Source: a virus. Taken from it: DNA of 64,000 nt. The stretch spans positions 33,767-97,766 of IMG/VR virus record IMGVR_UViG_3300017780_004980; one strand, given 5' to 3'. The notes beneath the pieces are model-generated. The model worked only from the letters and a program-made list of their open reading frames with translations, did no database searches and was not told where the DNA came from. The position numbers and the translations under genes are program-made. Every line of letters begins with the position of its first letter. Within the stretch, counting starts at the first letter, position 1. Of this stretch, positions 53,979-62,431 are shown piece after piece.

Positions 53979-54066
53979 GCCCGTACCCCATTATCCAGAC
54001 TGGGGATAACTTGACACAGAAACAGGGTGCGTCGTCAAGACGGGCAATCGGCTCCCCGAGGAAGGA

Positions 54067-54873
54067 TCAGGTCGCGCTACTGCCGATAGCCGTCATAAAG
54101 GCGACATAGGCGTTCCACAGGGCGGTATGCTCCGCGTCGGAGATCGCCTGGCCGACGAAGCCGAGGGCCACCTGCTTGGACGTCAGGTTCGTCCCGTCCG
54201 ACGTCAAGATCAGGAAGTTGGCATTGGTCGGAGCTGTTGAGGTCTGGCCTACCGACGCCTGGGCCACGCCGTTCTTCTGGGGCGTGTACGAGCCAGCCGC
54301 AGACCGGCTCATACCATACAGGCCTTTCCCCGTGTTGGCGGAAACAATGACGTTCACCGTCGTCGACCCGCCGTACATGATCCAGTCCCCACCCGTCGCC
54401 CGGCGCGGCATGGTCCGCATGTTGGCGACGCCACCCAGCGCCTTGACGTTGTTGCTGTCCGCCGCGTCCGTGAGTGTGGCGAATCCGTACGAGACGTCGT
54501 CCTGGGCGAGTTTCCTGCCGGCGGCCGTGGACGGGTTGAACCCGCTATCCAGGTACGACGACGCCGCACTGGTCCAGCCCCCGTCTGCCGTGAAAGTCGG
54601 GGTGTTGACCTTGGTGAGGTCGTACGTGCCGGGGTTGACGAGGTTGATCCGGGTGGCCGCGTCGGCGTGACCCACCAGCAGATACAGCAGGTCCATCTTT
54701 GTCCAGCCACCGGCGGTGAAGACACTGTCGATGAACGTGCGAAGATGGCCTTCCCGGGTCGCGTCGGGGGATACTCCCAGCGCCGACATTCTATCCAGCA
54801 CCGCCGTTTGAGCCGGCATGGAGCCGGTCGCGCGGCGGCTCAAAATCAATCGTCGCCGGCGGGTCGGGTCCAT
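54067..54873 (-). CDS. Putative virion accessory protein (lectin-like beta-sandwich)
   Basis: Start MDPTRRRRLI; W.KMDLLY, INL.NPG, YLDSGFNPST pattern; coupled to the upstream fibre-like gene. Confidence 0.55.
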   Translation of the reverse strand: MDPTRRRRLILSRRATGSMPAQTAVLDRMSALGVSPDATREGHLRTFIDSVFTAGGWTKMDLLYLLVGHADAATRINLVNPGTYDLTKVNTPTFTADGGWTSAASSYLDSGFNPSTAAGRKLAQDDVSYGFATLTDAADSNNVKALGGVANMRTMPRRATGGDWIMYGGSTTVNVIVSANTGKGLYGMSRSAAGSYTPQKNGVAQASVGQTSTAPTNANFLILTSDGTNLTSKQVALGFVGQAISDAEHTALWNAYVAFMTAIGSSAT

Positions 54874-56405
54874 CAGTTGTTGTCCGCCGTCACCTTCAGC
54901 GTCCAGTCCGACGTGGTGCCGGGCGTAAACGCACCACGGGTCAGGATCAGGATGAACAGGTCGGTGCCGGCCTGCCCTTGGAACGGAATGCGGCACTCCA
55001 CCGCGCCGACCGTCTTGGTTCCTCCGAGGGGGCGCCAGGTGTCAATCCGGGCATGGCCAAGAATGTTGGCTTCGTCCCCCGCCGACAGAGTCAGAGCCCC
55101 GTTGTCGGTGTAGGTGCCGCTGGCCGGCGTGGCCTTGAACAGGATGATATCGAGCGCCTGCGCCACCGCCGTCTTCGAAACAATGTCGATGTACGTGATG
55201 TAGCCGCTCTTGGCCGTAGCCCGGGCGATGGCCGACAGGGTGATGATGCCGCCGACCACGTCGTCCGCCGCGTAGGCCGAGGTCGAGATCGTCGGGGTCA
55301 CCGACACGGTGATCATGCTGCCCGCGACTTCGCCGATATGCCCTTCGTTGGCGTCGATGGCGCCGATCCGCGTATGCAGACGACCGACGCTGTCGTAAAT
55401 CGCCAGGGTGTAGTCCCCGTCCGTGCCGGCCAAAGACGCCGCCGTGTCCTTGCGGACCCCGAGGGCGCCAATTCCGGAGTCCCCCGACCCATGCGCCGCA
55501 TCTTCCGCGTACTGGGTGACCGCGCTGGAGCCGGACCCGCCGACAGGAGCCACCGCCGCAGGCGCCAGGGTCCGCCCGGTGCTCAGGGTCACGGCGATTT
55601 CGTCGATATCCAGGCAGGCGATCCGGGAGATCACCACGTTGGTGTTCGTGGCCGGCGTAGAACCATTCTTGAAGTGCAGTTGCAGCTTGTACAGTCGGCC
55701 AGGGTGCGGGACCTGCGAGCTCAGGCGGAGAGCCGTGGCCGTGGGGGCGGTGACCACGTCCTTGGCCTGTGCGTGGTAGAAGACGTCCTGCGGCCGGACA
55801 ACCATGGCGTACTCACCACCAGTGGTCAGGCTCTGCGAGGCGGTCGTGTTGACGGCTAGGACCGAGCTGTCTTCAGAGATCGTCTCCAGTTCCGCACGGG
55901 CCGCCGTGGTCGTGTTCCCGAAATACATGCTGGCCCGGTTCTTGTAGTCTCCGGACAGGCTCGCGTGGGCCACGGCAGCCAGCGTGGTGGCGTCGACTTC
56001 GATCAGGCTGATCCGGACCTGGTTCGCGGCCAGGCGCTGCGACAGCGACAGGATGGCTCGGATATCGGTCGGGATCGTGAAGGTCTCGACGGACCGAAGG
56101 ATCAGCTCGGCGCCATTGGTCGTGCCCATACCCACCGTCAGGGTGCTGGCACTGACCGTCTTGGTCATACCCCCCGTGTCGGTGATCGTCTCCCACAGGG
56201 TCGCGTCAATGGCGGAGCCTGAGAAGCAGTCCGTGAAGGTCTTCTTGGTCGTCGACACCCCAAGGCGGGGCTGACCATCAGCACCAAGGACCTCCGAGTC
56301 GGACGCCGCGTACTGGGCGTAGATATCCGTCTCGCCGGCCACCACCCGCATGCCGAATTTCTTCGACACACCGTTGCGGTCCTGTCCCGTGTAGAAGTCG
56401 GTCAT
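54873..56405 (-). CDS. Putative virion fibre/decoration protein
   Basis: 510 aa, Thr/Ser/Ala beta-rich; YAEDAAH.SGD.G..ALGVR.D and AYAADDVVGG segments typical of phage structural proteins. Confidence 0.55.
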   Translation of the reverse strand: MTDFYTGQDRNGVSKKFGMRVVAGETDIYAQYAASDSEVLGADGQPRLGVSTTKKTFTDCFSGSAIDATLWETITDTGGMTKTVSASTLTVGMGTTNGAELILRSVETFTIPTDIRAILSLSQRLAANQVRISLIEVDATTLAAVAHASLSGDYKNRASMYFGNTTTAARAELETISEDSSVLAVNTTASQSLTTGGEYAMVVRPQDVFYHAQAKDVVTAPTATALRLSSQVPHPGRLYKLQLHFKNGSTPATNTNVVISRIACLDIDEIAVTLSTGRTLAPAAVAPVGGSGSSAVTQYAEDAAHGSGDSGIGALGVRKDTAASLAGTDGDYTLAIYDSVGRLHTRIGAIDANEGHIGEVAGSMITVSVTPTISTSAYAADDVVGGIITLSAIARATAKSGYITYIDIVSKTAVAQALDIILFKATPASGTYTDNGALTLSAGDEANILGHARIDTWRPLGGTKTVGAVECRIPFQGQAGTDLFILILTRGAFTPGTTSDWTLKVTADNN

Positions 56406-56493
56406 GCGTGCCCCCGTAGCGATCCATGCTGGATTACCACGTTTTCCTGGGGACGCGACGGTTCAGATGAGGGTCATGCCCAGAAAACTGGAT

Positions 56494-56507
56494 TGCAACC
56501 ACTTGCA
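56494..56507 (-). repeat. 14-bp motif (copy 10, intergenic)
   Basis: Exact match. Confidence 0.9.
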
Positions 56508-56791
56508 ATTCTTACCGAGGTCTGGGTCAGCCTTCTCGCCAGCTTCGGGGTTCTGGCCTGCGGGCCATGGGCGAGACGAGGTCGTCGATCAGGTCTTCGC
56601 ACGCTTGGCAGGTCCGGGGTGTTTTTTCCGGGGACGGGTCGAGACGCCCGAAGCACAGTTGGCAGATACGACCGGTGCGAATGTCCTCAACTGAGGTCTG
56701 CATAGAAACTCCCCGAAACTCTCAAACAGCCTACGGGTCAGTCGGGCTGTGGACAACCCTTTAACCAGCCATGACGGAGAGTACAACCCAG

Positions 56792-57214
56792 CTACTTCTC
56801 GGTGTTCAAATCCATGTACTTTCCGTCCATGAACACCCCCTGAGATTTGGCCGACAGCGTGCGGATGATCAACCCATCCTTGGCTACCGCCTTGAGGCCA
56901 AGACTTATATAAGTCCGCCTCCATGCTTCGTCGGTCGTTCCCGGCGTAACATGGGCGGTCCAGTCCTTGCCTTGTCCGATGTCGATCAGCATGCCGATCT
57001 TGTTCGGTTTCCAGTCTCGGGGCAGATGACCCAGGGCCCAGGCGCAGAACCAGGTTCGGCAGGAGTCGGGTCGGGTCTGGTATATGCGGCAGCCCCGCGA
57101 GCAGATGTGTGGGCACTTGGCCCGCATCGGCTTTTCCAGCTCGACGACGGCCATCACGGTGCAGCAGGCCGTACAGTCTCCGCAGCGACGGGTGGCTTTG
57201 ACGGGCTCAGTCAT
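56792..57214 (-). CDS. YkgJ-family cysteine-cluster (CxxCxxCC) protein
   Basis: CGDCTACC...CPH....C.IY..RP..CR.WFC. Confidence 0.85.
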   Translation of the reverse strand: MTEPVKATRRCGDCTACCTVMAVVELEKPMRAKCPHICSRGCRIYQTRPDSCRTWFCAWALGHLPRDWKPNKIGMLIDIGQGKDWTAHVTPGTTDEAWRRTYISLGLKAVAKDGLIIRTLSAKSQGVFMDGKYMDLNTEK

Positions 57215-58077
57215 CCTTGGAGACCGGCGGCCAGCTTGTCGAGCAGGTCAGATATTTCCTTCCGGCGTTTGTCGAAATCCTCCATCGCCTTGAGGAAGTC
57301 CTCCTCCAGCTGGACCAGCCGCGCTCGGTAGGCATCCAGCTTCACCGTATTCTGATCAGCGGCTTTGGACCGGTCGGGTCCGTACAAGGCCTCCCGCACT
57401 TCGGCGATCCACGCCCGGGGGACATCCATCTTTTCAGCCAGCTTCTTGTCCGACCAGGAGCCATTGTACATCTCGGCTTCCGGGTCGTAGTAGTGCGCCA
57501 GGGCCTCGTCTACCGCACGCCTCTGGGCCCGGGTCGGCTGCCTCGGCGGATCAGCGGTGATCCCGATCTCGGCGCCGGGGCGATCTTGCCGGTCTTCTTC
57601 TGGAATAGGCATGGTCGGCTCTTTCTCTGGCTCGCGCGGCGGAGGGGGTGCAAGAGGCGCCACCGGGGCAGAGCGAGGCTTCCGGGGCTTTATGGGCTTG
57701 ATGGGCTTCGCCGGCGGAGGCTCGGCCGGCAGGTCATGGATTTCGTGGTCCCGCGTGTTGCGGACTTCCAGGGCGGCGCCCTCGGCTATGTGAACCAGCC
57801 GATCCAGGCCGGCTTCCGGTGCTGACTTGGCGCGCTCCCAGCCCGCGCACGTCGGGCACTTGTCCTTGGTCCGGCTCGACCCCATGGACCATCCGCGTTT
57901 GCGGAACAACTTCTCGCCGGCTTCCGGCGGCACGGAGCCGCTCAGGTTCGCGGCTATCAAGAAATCCTTCTTCGGGCATTTCGAGCACGAGACGACGATA
58001 GCGGGTTTCGGCTTTGGGTCGTCGCCTACCAGATGGCTTTCTACCGGGAAGCCTCTCCGTTCCATTCTCTGGCTCAT
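57211..58077 (-). CDS. Hypothetical protein with N-terminal zinc finger, Pro-rich linker and HTH/coiled-coil C-terminus
   Basis: CSKC...CPTC; WSDKKLAEKMDVPRAWI..VRE..YGP. Confidence 0.7.
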   Translation of the reverse strand: MSQRMERRGFPVESHLVGDDPKPKPAIVVSCSKCPKKDFLIAANLSGSVPPEAGEKLFRKRGWSMGSSRTKDKCPTCAGWERAKSAPEAGLDRLVHIAEGAALEVRNTRDHEIHDLPAEPPPAKPIKPIKPRKPRSAPVAPLAPPPPREPEKEPTMPIPEEDRQDRPGAEIGITADPPRQPTRAQRRAVDEALAHYYDPEAEMYNGSWSDKKLAEKMDVPRAWIAEVREALYGPDRSKAADQNTVKLDAYRARLVQLEEDFLKAMEDFDKRRKEISDLLDKLAAGLQG

Positions 58078-58865
58078 TCCGGCGTGTACCATCCTTCCTG
58101 GGACAGGTAATACCCCGTGTCCCCAGCGTATTCGAAGAAGTCCTCGATGACCGAGTCATCGTCGTCAGGGGCTGGCTGCGGGTGCGACACGTGGGACCAC
58201 ATCTCACGGCAATACTCGGCCAGCTCCTTGCGACCTAACTCCTTGGTGGCGAACAGGCGATAGAAGGCGGAGGTTTCCGGCTCCTCGATCAGATACCCGT
58301 AGACCTCCTTCAAGGCGGTCTTCAGGCCAGGCACTTTCGCGCTGTCGTGGACGTCGATGTATTCCTGATCGTTGTGCTCGAAGTAGAAGTCGATCACCAT
58401 CTGATCCGGGATGCCGGTATGGTCGTCCGGCACTTCGTCGTGGTCTGAAACTTCATCCCAGCAGTCCCGGCAGTATTGCGCCATCTGCTTGGTCAGGCCG
58501 TCGTCCGTGGTGTCGACGTAGAAGTTGTGGCCGTGCTTGTGTGAGATCGTCGCCACCCAGATCACCGGGTCCTCGGTCTTCGGTTCCGGCATGAGGCTCG
58601 GCGTTCCGAAAGTGATTGTGGCGTGCTGGAAGGGAAGCTGCCCGTCCGGGTCCATCCTCTCGGACGACCAATGGTCAAGGCCGCGCCGGACGAGGTCTGC
58701 GGCGTCATAACCCAGGCTTTCCGCGTAGTGGCAAATGTCCCCGATCATATCTCCAATGATCGTGTTCATCTCCTCTCCGTGCAGGGGGCCATCGCTGACG
58801 ATGCTGTAGGCCACCGCCGCTGTCCGGCCGGCGCCGGCCCGGTAGTCGTTGTTCTTGGATTCCAT
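58074..58865 (-). CDS. Hypothetical acidic protein with internal duplication
   Basis: Start MESKNND after AAGGAGG; two copies of A.YCR..W..V......P.D...I..(Y/F)FE. Confidence 0.7.
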   Translation of the reverse strand: MESKNNDYRAGAGRTAAVAYSIVSDGPLHGEEMNTIIGDMIGDICHYAESLGYDAADLVRRGLDHWSSERMDPDGQLPFQHATITFGTPSLMPEPKTEDPVIWVATISHKHGHNFYVDTTDDGLTKQMAQYCRDCWDEVSDHDEVPDDHTGIPDQMVIDFYFEHNDQEYIDVHDSAKVPGLKTALKEVYGYLIEEPETSAFYRLFATKELGRKELAEYCREMWSHVSHPQPAPDDDDSVIEDFFEYAGDTGYYLSQEGWYTPE

Positions 58866-58890
58866 TCTGACCCTCCTTGGTCTTCGTCTT

Positions 58891-58918
58891 ACGGTAGGGG
58901 TTATACCCCCTGCTTCAA
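58891..58918 (-). promoter_or_regulatory. Sigma70-type promoter
   Basis: TTGAAG-N16-TACCGT. Confidence 0.5.
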
Positions 58919-59320
58919 GTAGTTTTTCTTGCGCTCGACGATCTTCCAGTATTCCCGGAGGCACTCGACCATAGCCGGCCGGTCGTCCTTCAGGATCGCC
59001 GTGACCACGTCGACGGACGCCTGGGCGACCTGCTTCCAGCGGTGGAACCAGATCACGTACGACAGGTCGTAGGTGTGCTTGGCGAGCTCGTCCCGGAGCG
59101 CCTGAATGTCTCCCAGCTGGCCCTTGTTGAGCAGGGCGTCCGCGAGCGGCGGCATGTCGAATAGCGCCTTGGTTTTCGGCTTGGCGAGCTCCCAGGGCGT
59201 CCCGCCGAGGTCGGCGGCGGTAACCTTGTCCTCCCCCGGCTCCTTGTCGCCGATGACCAGGCGTTTCGGCGCAGGCTTAGGCGGGGGCGGCGGAGTGCGG
59301 TTCGTGATGTTCAGCGGCAT
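58901..59320 (-). CDS. Hypothetical protein
   Basis: 139 aa, Pro-rich N-terminus. Confidence 0.65.
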   Translation of the reverse strand: MPLNITNRTPPPPPKPAPKRLVIGDKEPGEDKVTAADLGGTPWELAKPKTKALFDMPPLADALLNKGQLGDIQALRDELAKHTYDLSYVIWFHRWKQVAQASVDVVTAILKDDRPAMVECLREYWKIVERKKNYLKQGV

Positions 59321-59361
59321 CGGGGCTCTCGTTGTTGGGGCCTGCCCGGATTAGCAGGCCC

Positions 59362-59375
59362 TGCAAGTGGTTGCA
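59362..59375 (+). repeat. 14-bp motif (copy 11, intergenic)
   Basis: Exact match. Confidence 0.9.
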
Positions 59376-59383
59376 AAGTCAGA

Positions 59384-59500
59384 TCAGAACGGTGCTGATC
59401 TTCTGGGCCCGCTGGTACAGGGCCTTGACGTCTTCCATCGGCGTCGTCGGGGACACTCGTTGCAGGGCTTCTTGTGGACGAGGGGGTACCGGTCGGCCAA
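59384..59500 (-). pseudogene. Short ORF / deletion remnant (MADRYPLVHKKPCNECP...)
   Basis: TTG start after a GGAGG hairpin; the KPCxECP motif runs into a basic, frameshift-like tail; an overlapping frame encodes MEDVKALYQRAQKISTVLI. Confidence 0.4.
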
Positions 59501-59617
59501 GGCATCCTCCGTGATGCGTCAAAAGGTGGGGGAGACCGGCTGGGTGCGAGTGGGCCGATCTCCCCTGCTCCTGCCTGGCGGGGGGTGTGCTGGGCAGGAG
59601 GGTCTTGTTGTACGTCT

Positions 59618-59645
59618 ACGATGGCACAGGGGCCGTGATGGTCAA
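59618..59645 (-). promoter_or_regulatory. Sigma70-type promoter
   Basis: TTGACC-N16-CATCGT. Confidence 0.5.
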
Positions 59646-59653
59646 GGAAAGGA

Positions 59654-60190
59654 TCAGGCGGCGACTTGTTGGTTGTCCGCCGTGATCTTGGAGTAAACGG
59701 GGACGCCGGCCACCGTCCAGTCGACCTCGCCGGTGTCGTTGAAGTGCGTGAGGACCTTGATCGCCTGTTCCTTGGTGATGGTATTCCAGAGGCTCATGGG
59801 TTGGGGCATGAACAGCGCCGACCGCTGCAACAGAGTCAGGCCCAGGTACGTGGCGGCGTAGTCGCCCCAGTCATCCAAGGGTTCCTCGCTATCTTTCGGG
59901 CGGAAGCCGGCCGCCAGGGCCAGCAAGGAGGCCTCTCCGGCGATGCAGGCGACGGTGCCACAGGCGGGGGCATCCAGGGCCTTCTTCTGCAACCCGGTCA
60001 CCCGGACAGCCTCGTCCCGGGCCATCTTCCAGACCTTGTCGTCGTCCACGACTTCGTAGAGGTTGCTGTAGTTCTCTATGTCGAAGACGGCGGCGCCGTC
60101 GATCCATCCGGACATATCGAACGCCTCTGCCGGCATCTTCTCCAGATGCGTGATCAGCTTTTCGAGACGTTTCTGGTGTATACGGTCCAT
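59654..60190 (-). CDS. Hypothetical protein (C.TVACIAG family, paralogue of 61952..62431)
   Basis: F.M..W, CGTVACIAGEA, LGLT......LF.P, I.KE.AI..L.....TGEVDW. Confidence 0.8.
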   Translation of the reverse strand: MDRIHQKRLEKLITHLEKMPAEAFDMSGWIDGAAVFDIENYSNLYEVVDDDKVWKMARDEAVRVTGLQKKALDAPACGTVACIAGEASLLALAAGFRPKDSEEPLDDWGDYAATYLGLTLLQRSALFMPQPMSLWNTITKEQAIKVLTHFNDTGEVDWTVAGVPVYSKITADNQQVAA

Positions 60191-60225
60191 TTATCGGCCC
60201 CTCCATGGGCTAGGTGGCTTGAGGT

Positions 60226-60253
60226 ACTCTGTACTATACGCCTGTGTTGTCAA
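60226..60253 (-). promoter_or_regulatory. Sigma70-type promoter
   Basis: TTGACA-N16-CAGAGT. Confidence 0.45.
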
Positions 60254-60257
60254 TGGG

Positions 60258-60638
60258 TTACAGCGGCAATTCGAACTGCCGGGTGATGATGCCATGCACG
60301 TTCCGGGCGTTCATCTGGAAAGTCGCCCATCGGAGATTGCCGCGCCGGGCGTCCATCTTGTTCCCGTTCATGTGGTCTCCGATGTGGTACCGGGGGTCGG
60401 AATGGGGGCCGACCGCGCGCATAAGGACTTCCTTATGTAACCAGATCAGCCGACCGCCCTCCGAGCGCACCGGGTACATGGTCTTCCACTTCTTGTGGAT
60501 CGCGTGGGTGACGAACCAGTTGCCCCGGTCCTTCGCCCATTCGTAATCCTCCGGGGATACCAAGGCCGTCATCTCGTAGGTCTTGCCGCAGCATATCAGC
60601 TCGAAATACGGGCCCCGGCCGTCGGGATGCTCAATCAT
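60258..60638 (-). CDS. HNH endonuclease
   Basis: ALVSPEDY, LHKEV, DHMNGNKMD.RR.NLRWAT...N; start MIEHPDG. Confidence 0.85.
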   Translation of the reverse strand: MIEHPDGRGPYFELICCGKTYEMTALVSPEDYEWAKDRGNWFVTHAIHKKWKTMYPVRSEGGRLIWLHKEVLMRAVGPHSDPRYHIGDHMNGNKMDARRGNLRWATFQMNARNVHGIITRQFELPL

Positions 60639-61035
60639 CCCCGTCGTCGACCGGCTTGTAGGCCCGCTCCCAGACCTCCTTCGGCACCACTTTGGAAATC
60701 GTCCCGCCTTCGTCCAAGAAATTGATCCCGGGGATTTCGGCATCGGGGCCGACGATGATGATCTCGTCGATGTAGATGACCTGCTTGCCGTTCGGGCCCT
60801 CGAACAGGACGCCCATCATATCGAGCTCCGCTTCGATCTCGGCGACCCGCTTCTGGGCCTCCTCGTCGGCCAGGGCGACCGCGATATCGCCGTCGTCGAT
60901 CTTCTGGTCGAAGAAGTCCCGCACCCGGGCGAACAGGTACTCGGTCGACTTGTCCGGGTCCTCGGCCTCGACGTCGTTCCAGGCGATGATGATCTCGTCG
61001 TTCGAAATCCCGGCGTCGTTGCTCTCGTCAGTCAC
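60631..61035 (-). CDS. Hypothetical acidic protein
   Basis: 134 aa, strongly Asp/Glu-rich. Confidence 0.7.
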   Translation of the reverse strand: MTDESNDAGISNDEIIIAWNDVEAEDPDKSTEYLFARVRDFFDQKIDDGDIAVALADEEAQKRVAEIEAELDMMGVLFEGPNGKQVIYIDEIIIVGPDAEIPGINFLDEGGTISKVVPKEVWERAYKPVDDGDD

Positions 61036-61261
61036 TTTTCGTCATCTCCCTAATTGCCCGGCCGGCGGCCTGGCGAATGTTGTTGAGGGCGTTGTCCCGA
61101 TTGATCGGGGAACTGCTGATCGTGACCAGGCGGGTCTTTTCACCAATCGTGATCTCGATCTTGGTGTGCCCTCGGCCCCCGGTCGTGTGCTTGGCATCGC
61201 CGCCGGCGCTCTGGGCCATCTGCCGGATCGTCCGCAGGGCCTCGCGTTCATGCTTCTGCAT
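61028..61261 (-). CDS. Small basic protein, HicA-like dsRBD pattern
   Basis: GRGHTKIEI...VTISSSP......N pattern; 77 aa. Confidence 0.5.
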   Translation of the reverse strand: MQKHEREALRTIRQMAQSAGGDAKHTTGGRGHTKIEITIGEKTRLVTISSSPINRDNALNNIRQAAGRAIREMTKSD

Positions 61262-61461
61262 CAGCGGTCATCACCGGGCTGGTCGACCCTGCTGACCACC
61301 ATGCCGACGCCGTTTGGACGGACGAAGTCCAGAGCGCGCCGTTGCTCCTTGGTCGGGTTAACGAACAGGCGAGACACCGCGTCCAGCGGACTGTCCCCCA
61401 TCTTGAATATGTGCGTCACGCTGCCGTCCGTGCATGTGACGCTGATCCGCCAATAATCCAT
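61261..61461 (-). CDS. Hypothetical protein
   Basis: 66 aa with AAGGAGG RBS and promoter. Confidence 0.65.
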   Translation of the reverse strand: MDYWRISVTCTDGSVTHIFKMGDSPLDAVSRLFVNPTKEQRRALDFVRPNGVGMVVSRVDQPGDDR

Positions 61462-61490
61462 CTCTGTGACCCTCCTTGGTCTGTTCTCTA

Positions 61491-61518
61491 ACTATGGCTG
61501 GTGTGTCCGGCAGGTCAA
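61491..61518 (-). promoter_or_regulatory. Sigma70-type promoter
   Basis: TTGACC-N16-CATAGT. Confidence 0.55.
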
Positions 61519-61691
61519 GGGGTGGGTCATGGGGGAGACACTGGTGTCTAGGGGGTCGCCCCCACCGTCGCCCCCATGACTCAAAGGTTAACGCCTTTTT
61601 TGCCTTTAAAGCCCAATTTTCAGCCTGGCCGATAAGAGTCGGACTGAAGGCGCCTTCGGGGCCCCCCATTTGCAGTATGCCCGAGCTGGGC

Positions 61692-61952
61692 CTAGACCTC
61701 CCGGACCTGGCAGACGTCAACGGCCGTCCAAGGGATCAGGGTCACGTAGTCGGCATCCCCCCACTCCTTGTCCGGTAAGCCGTGCGGTCTATGGGGACGG
61801 ATGATCAGACCGAGCTCGTCGTAAGACAGCACGGCGGACCAGGCTCCGAAATTACTCCTGTCCCGACATTGGAGCCTAACATCGTAGACTTGTCCCTCGG
61901 CGTCGAGGGTGCGGAAGTGGGCGAGCATCCCCATAGGGGTCTTGGTGGCCAT
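61692..61952 (-). CDS. Hypothetical protein
   Basis: 86 aa, coupled to the upstream gene. Confidence 0.6.
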   Translation of the reverse strand: MATKTPMGMLAHFRTLDAEGQVYDVRLQCRDRSNFGAWSAVLSYDELGLIIRPHRPHGLPDKEWGDADYVTLIPWTAVDVCQVREV

Positions 61953-62431
61953 CAGGCGGTCTCCTTCTTCTTCCTCGGCTTGACCAGATGGCTCCAGTCG
62001 ACCTCACCGGTCTCCAGCAGCTTCTCCAAGGTCCTGATCGCCTCGTCCTTGCTGATCCCCACCATACCGCCGGTCCGCTTGGCGGGCAGGTCATCCATAC
62101 CTGGCGTAAACAGGGCCATCGACTGTCCTAGGGTCAGGCCCAACCACTCAGCGGCGGCGGGAGCAAAACCCAGGGCTCCCAATTCTTCTCCCCGCGCCTT
62201 GGCGAGCAGGACCGCCTCCCCGGCTATGCAGGCGACAGTCTTACAGGGGTGGCCACGCTCGGCGGTCTTCTGGGCCTCGATTATGGCCTTGGCTTGGTCC
62301 TGCTCCAGCTGCCCGGCGAAATTGTAGGCCCCGGCGGGACCCATCAACCAGTCGCCCATGTTGAAGGCCCGCTTCGGCATGACCTTCATGTGGTCGATCA
62401 GGATTTGCAGGTTCTCTGTGTTCAAGGCCAT
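61952..62431 (-). CDS. Hypothetical protein (paralogue of 59654..60190)
   Basis: FNMGDW, CKTVACIAGEA, LGLTL....ALF.P, TGEVDW. Confidence 0.8.
   Translation of the reverse strand: MALNTENLQILIDHMKVMPKRAFNMGDWLMGPAGAYNFAGQLEQDQAKAIIEAQKTAERGHPCKTVACIAGEAVLLAKARGEELGALGFAPAAAEWLGLTLGQSMALFTPGMDDLPAKRTGGMVGISKDEAIRTLEKLLETGEVDWSHLVKPRKKKETA

Noticed and set aside
56758-56775. CtrA box (TTAA-N7-TTAA)
   Set aside because: Only a half-site match (TTAACCAGCCATGAC); not distinguishable from chance.
9849-59375. CRISPR array or transposon ends as an explanation for the 14-bp repeat
   Set aside because: Copies are kilobases apart, in both orientations and in frame within genes; no spacers, cas genes, transposase or target duplications.
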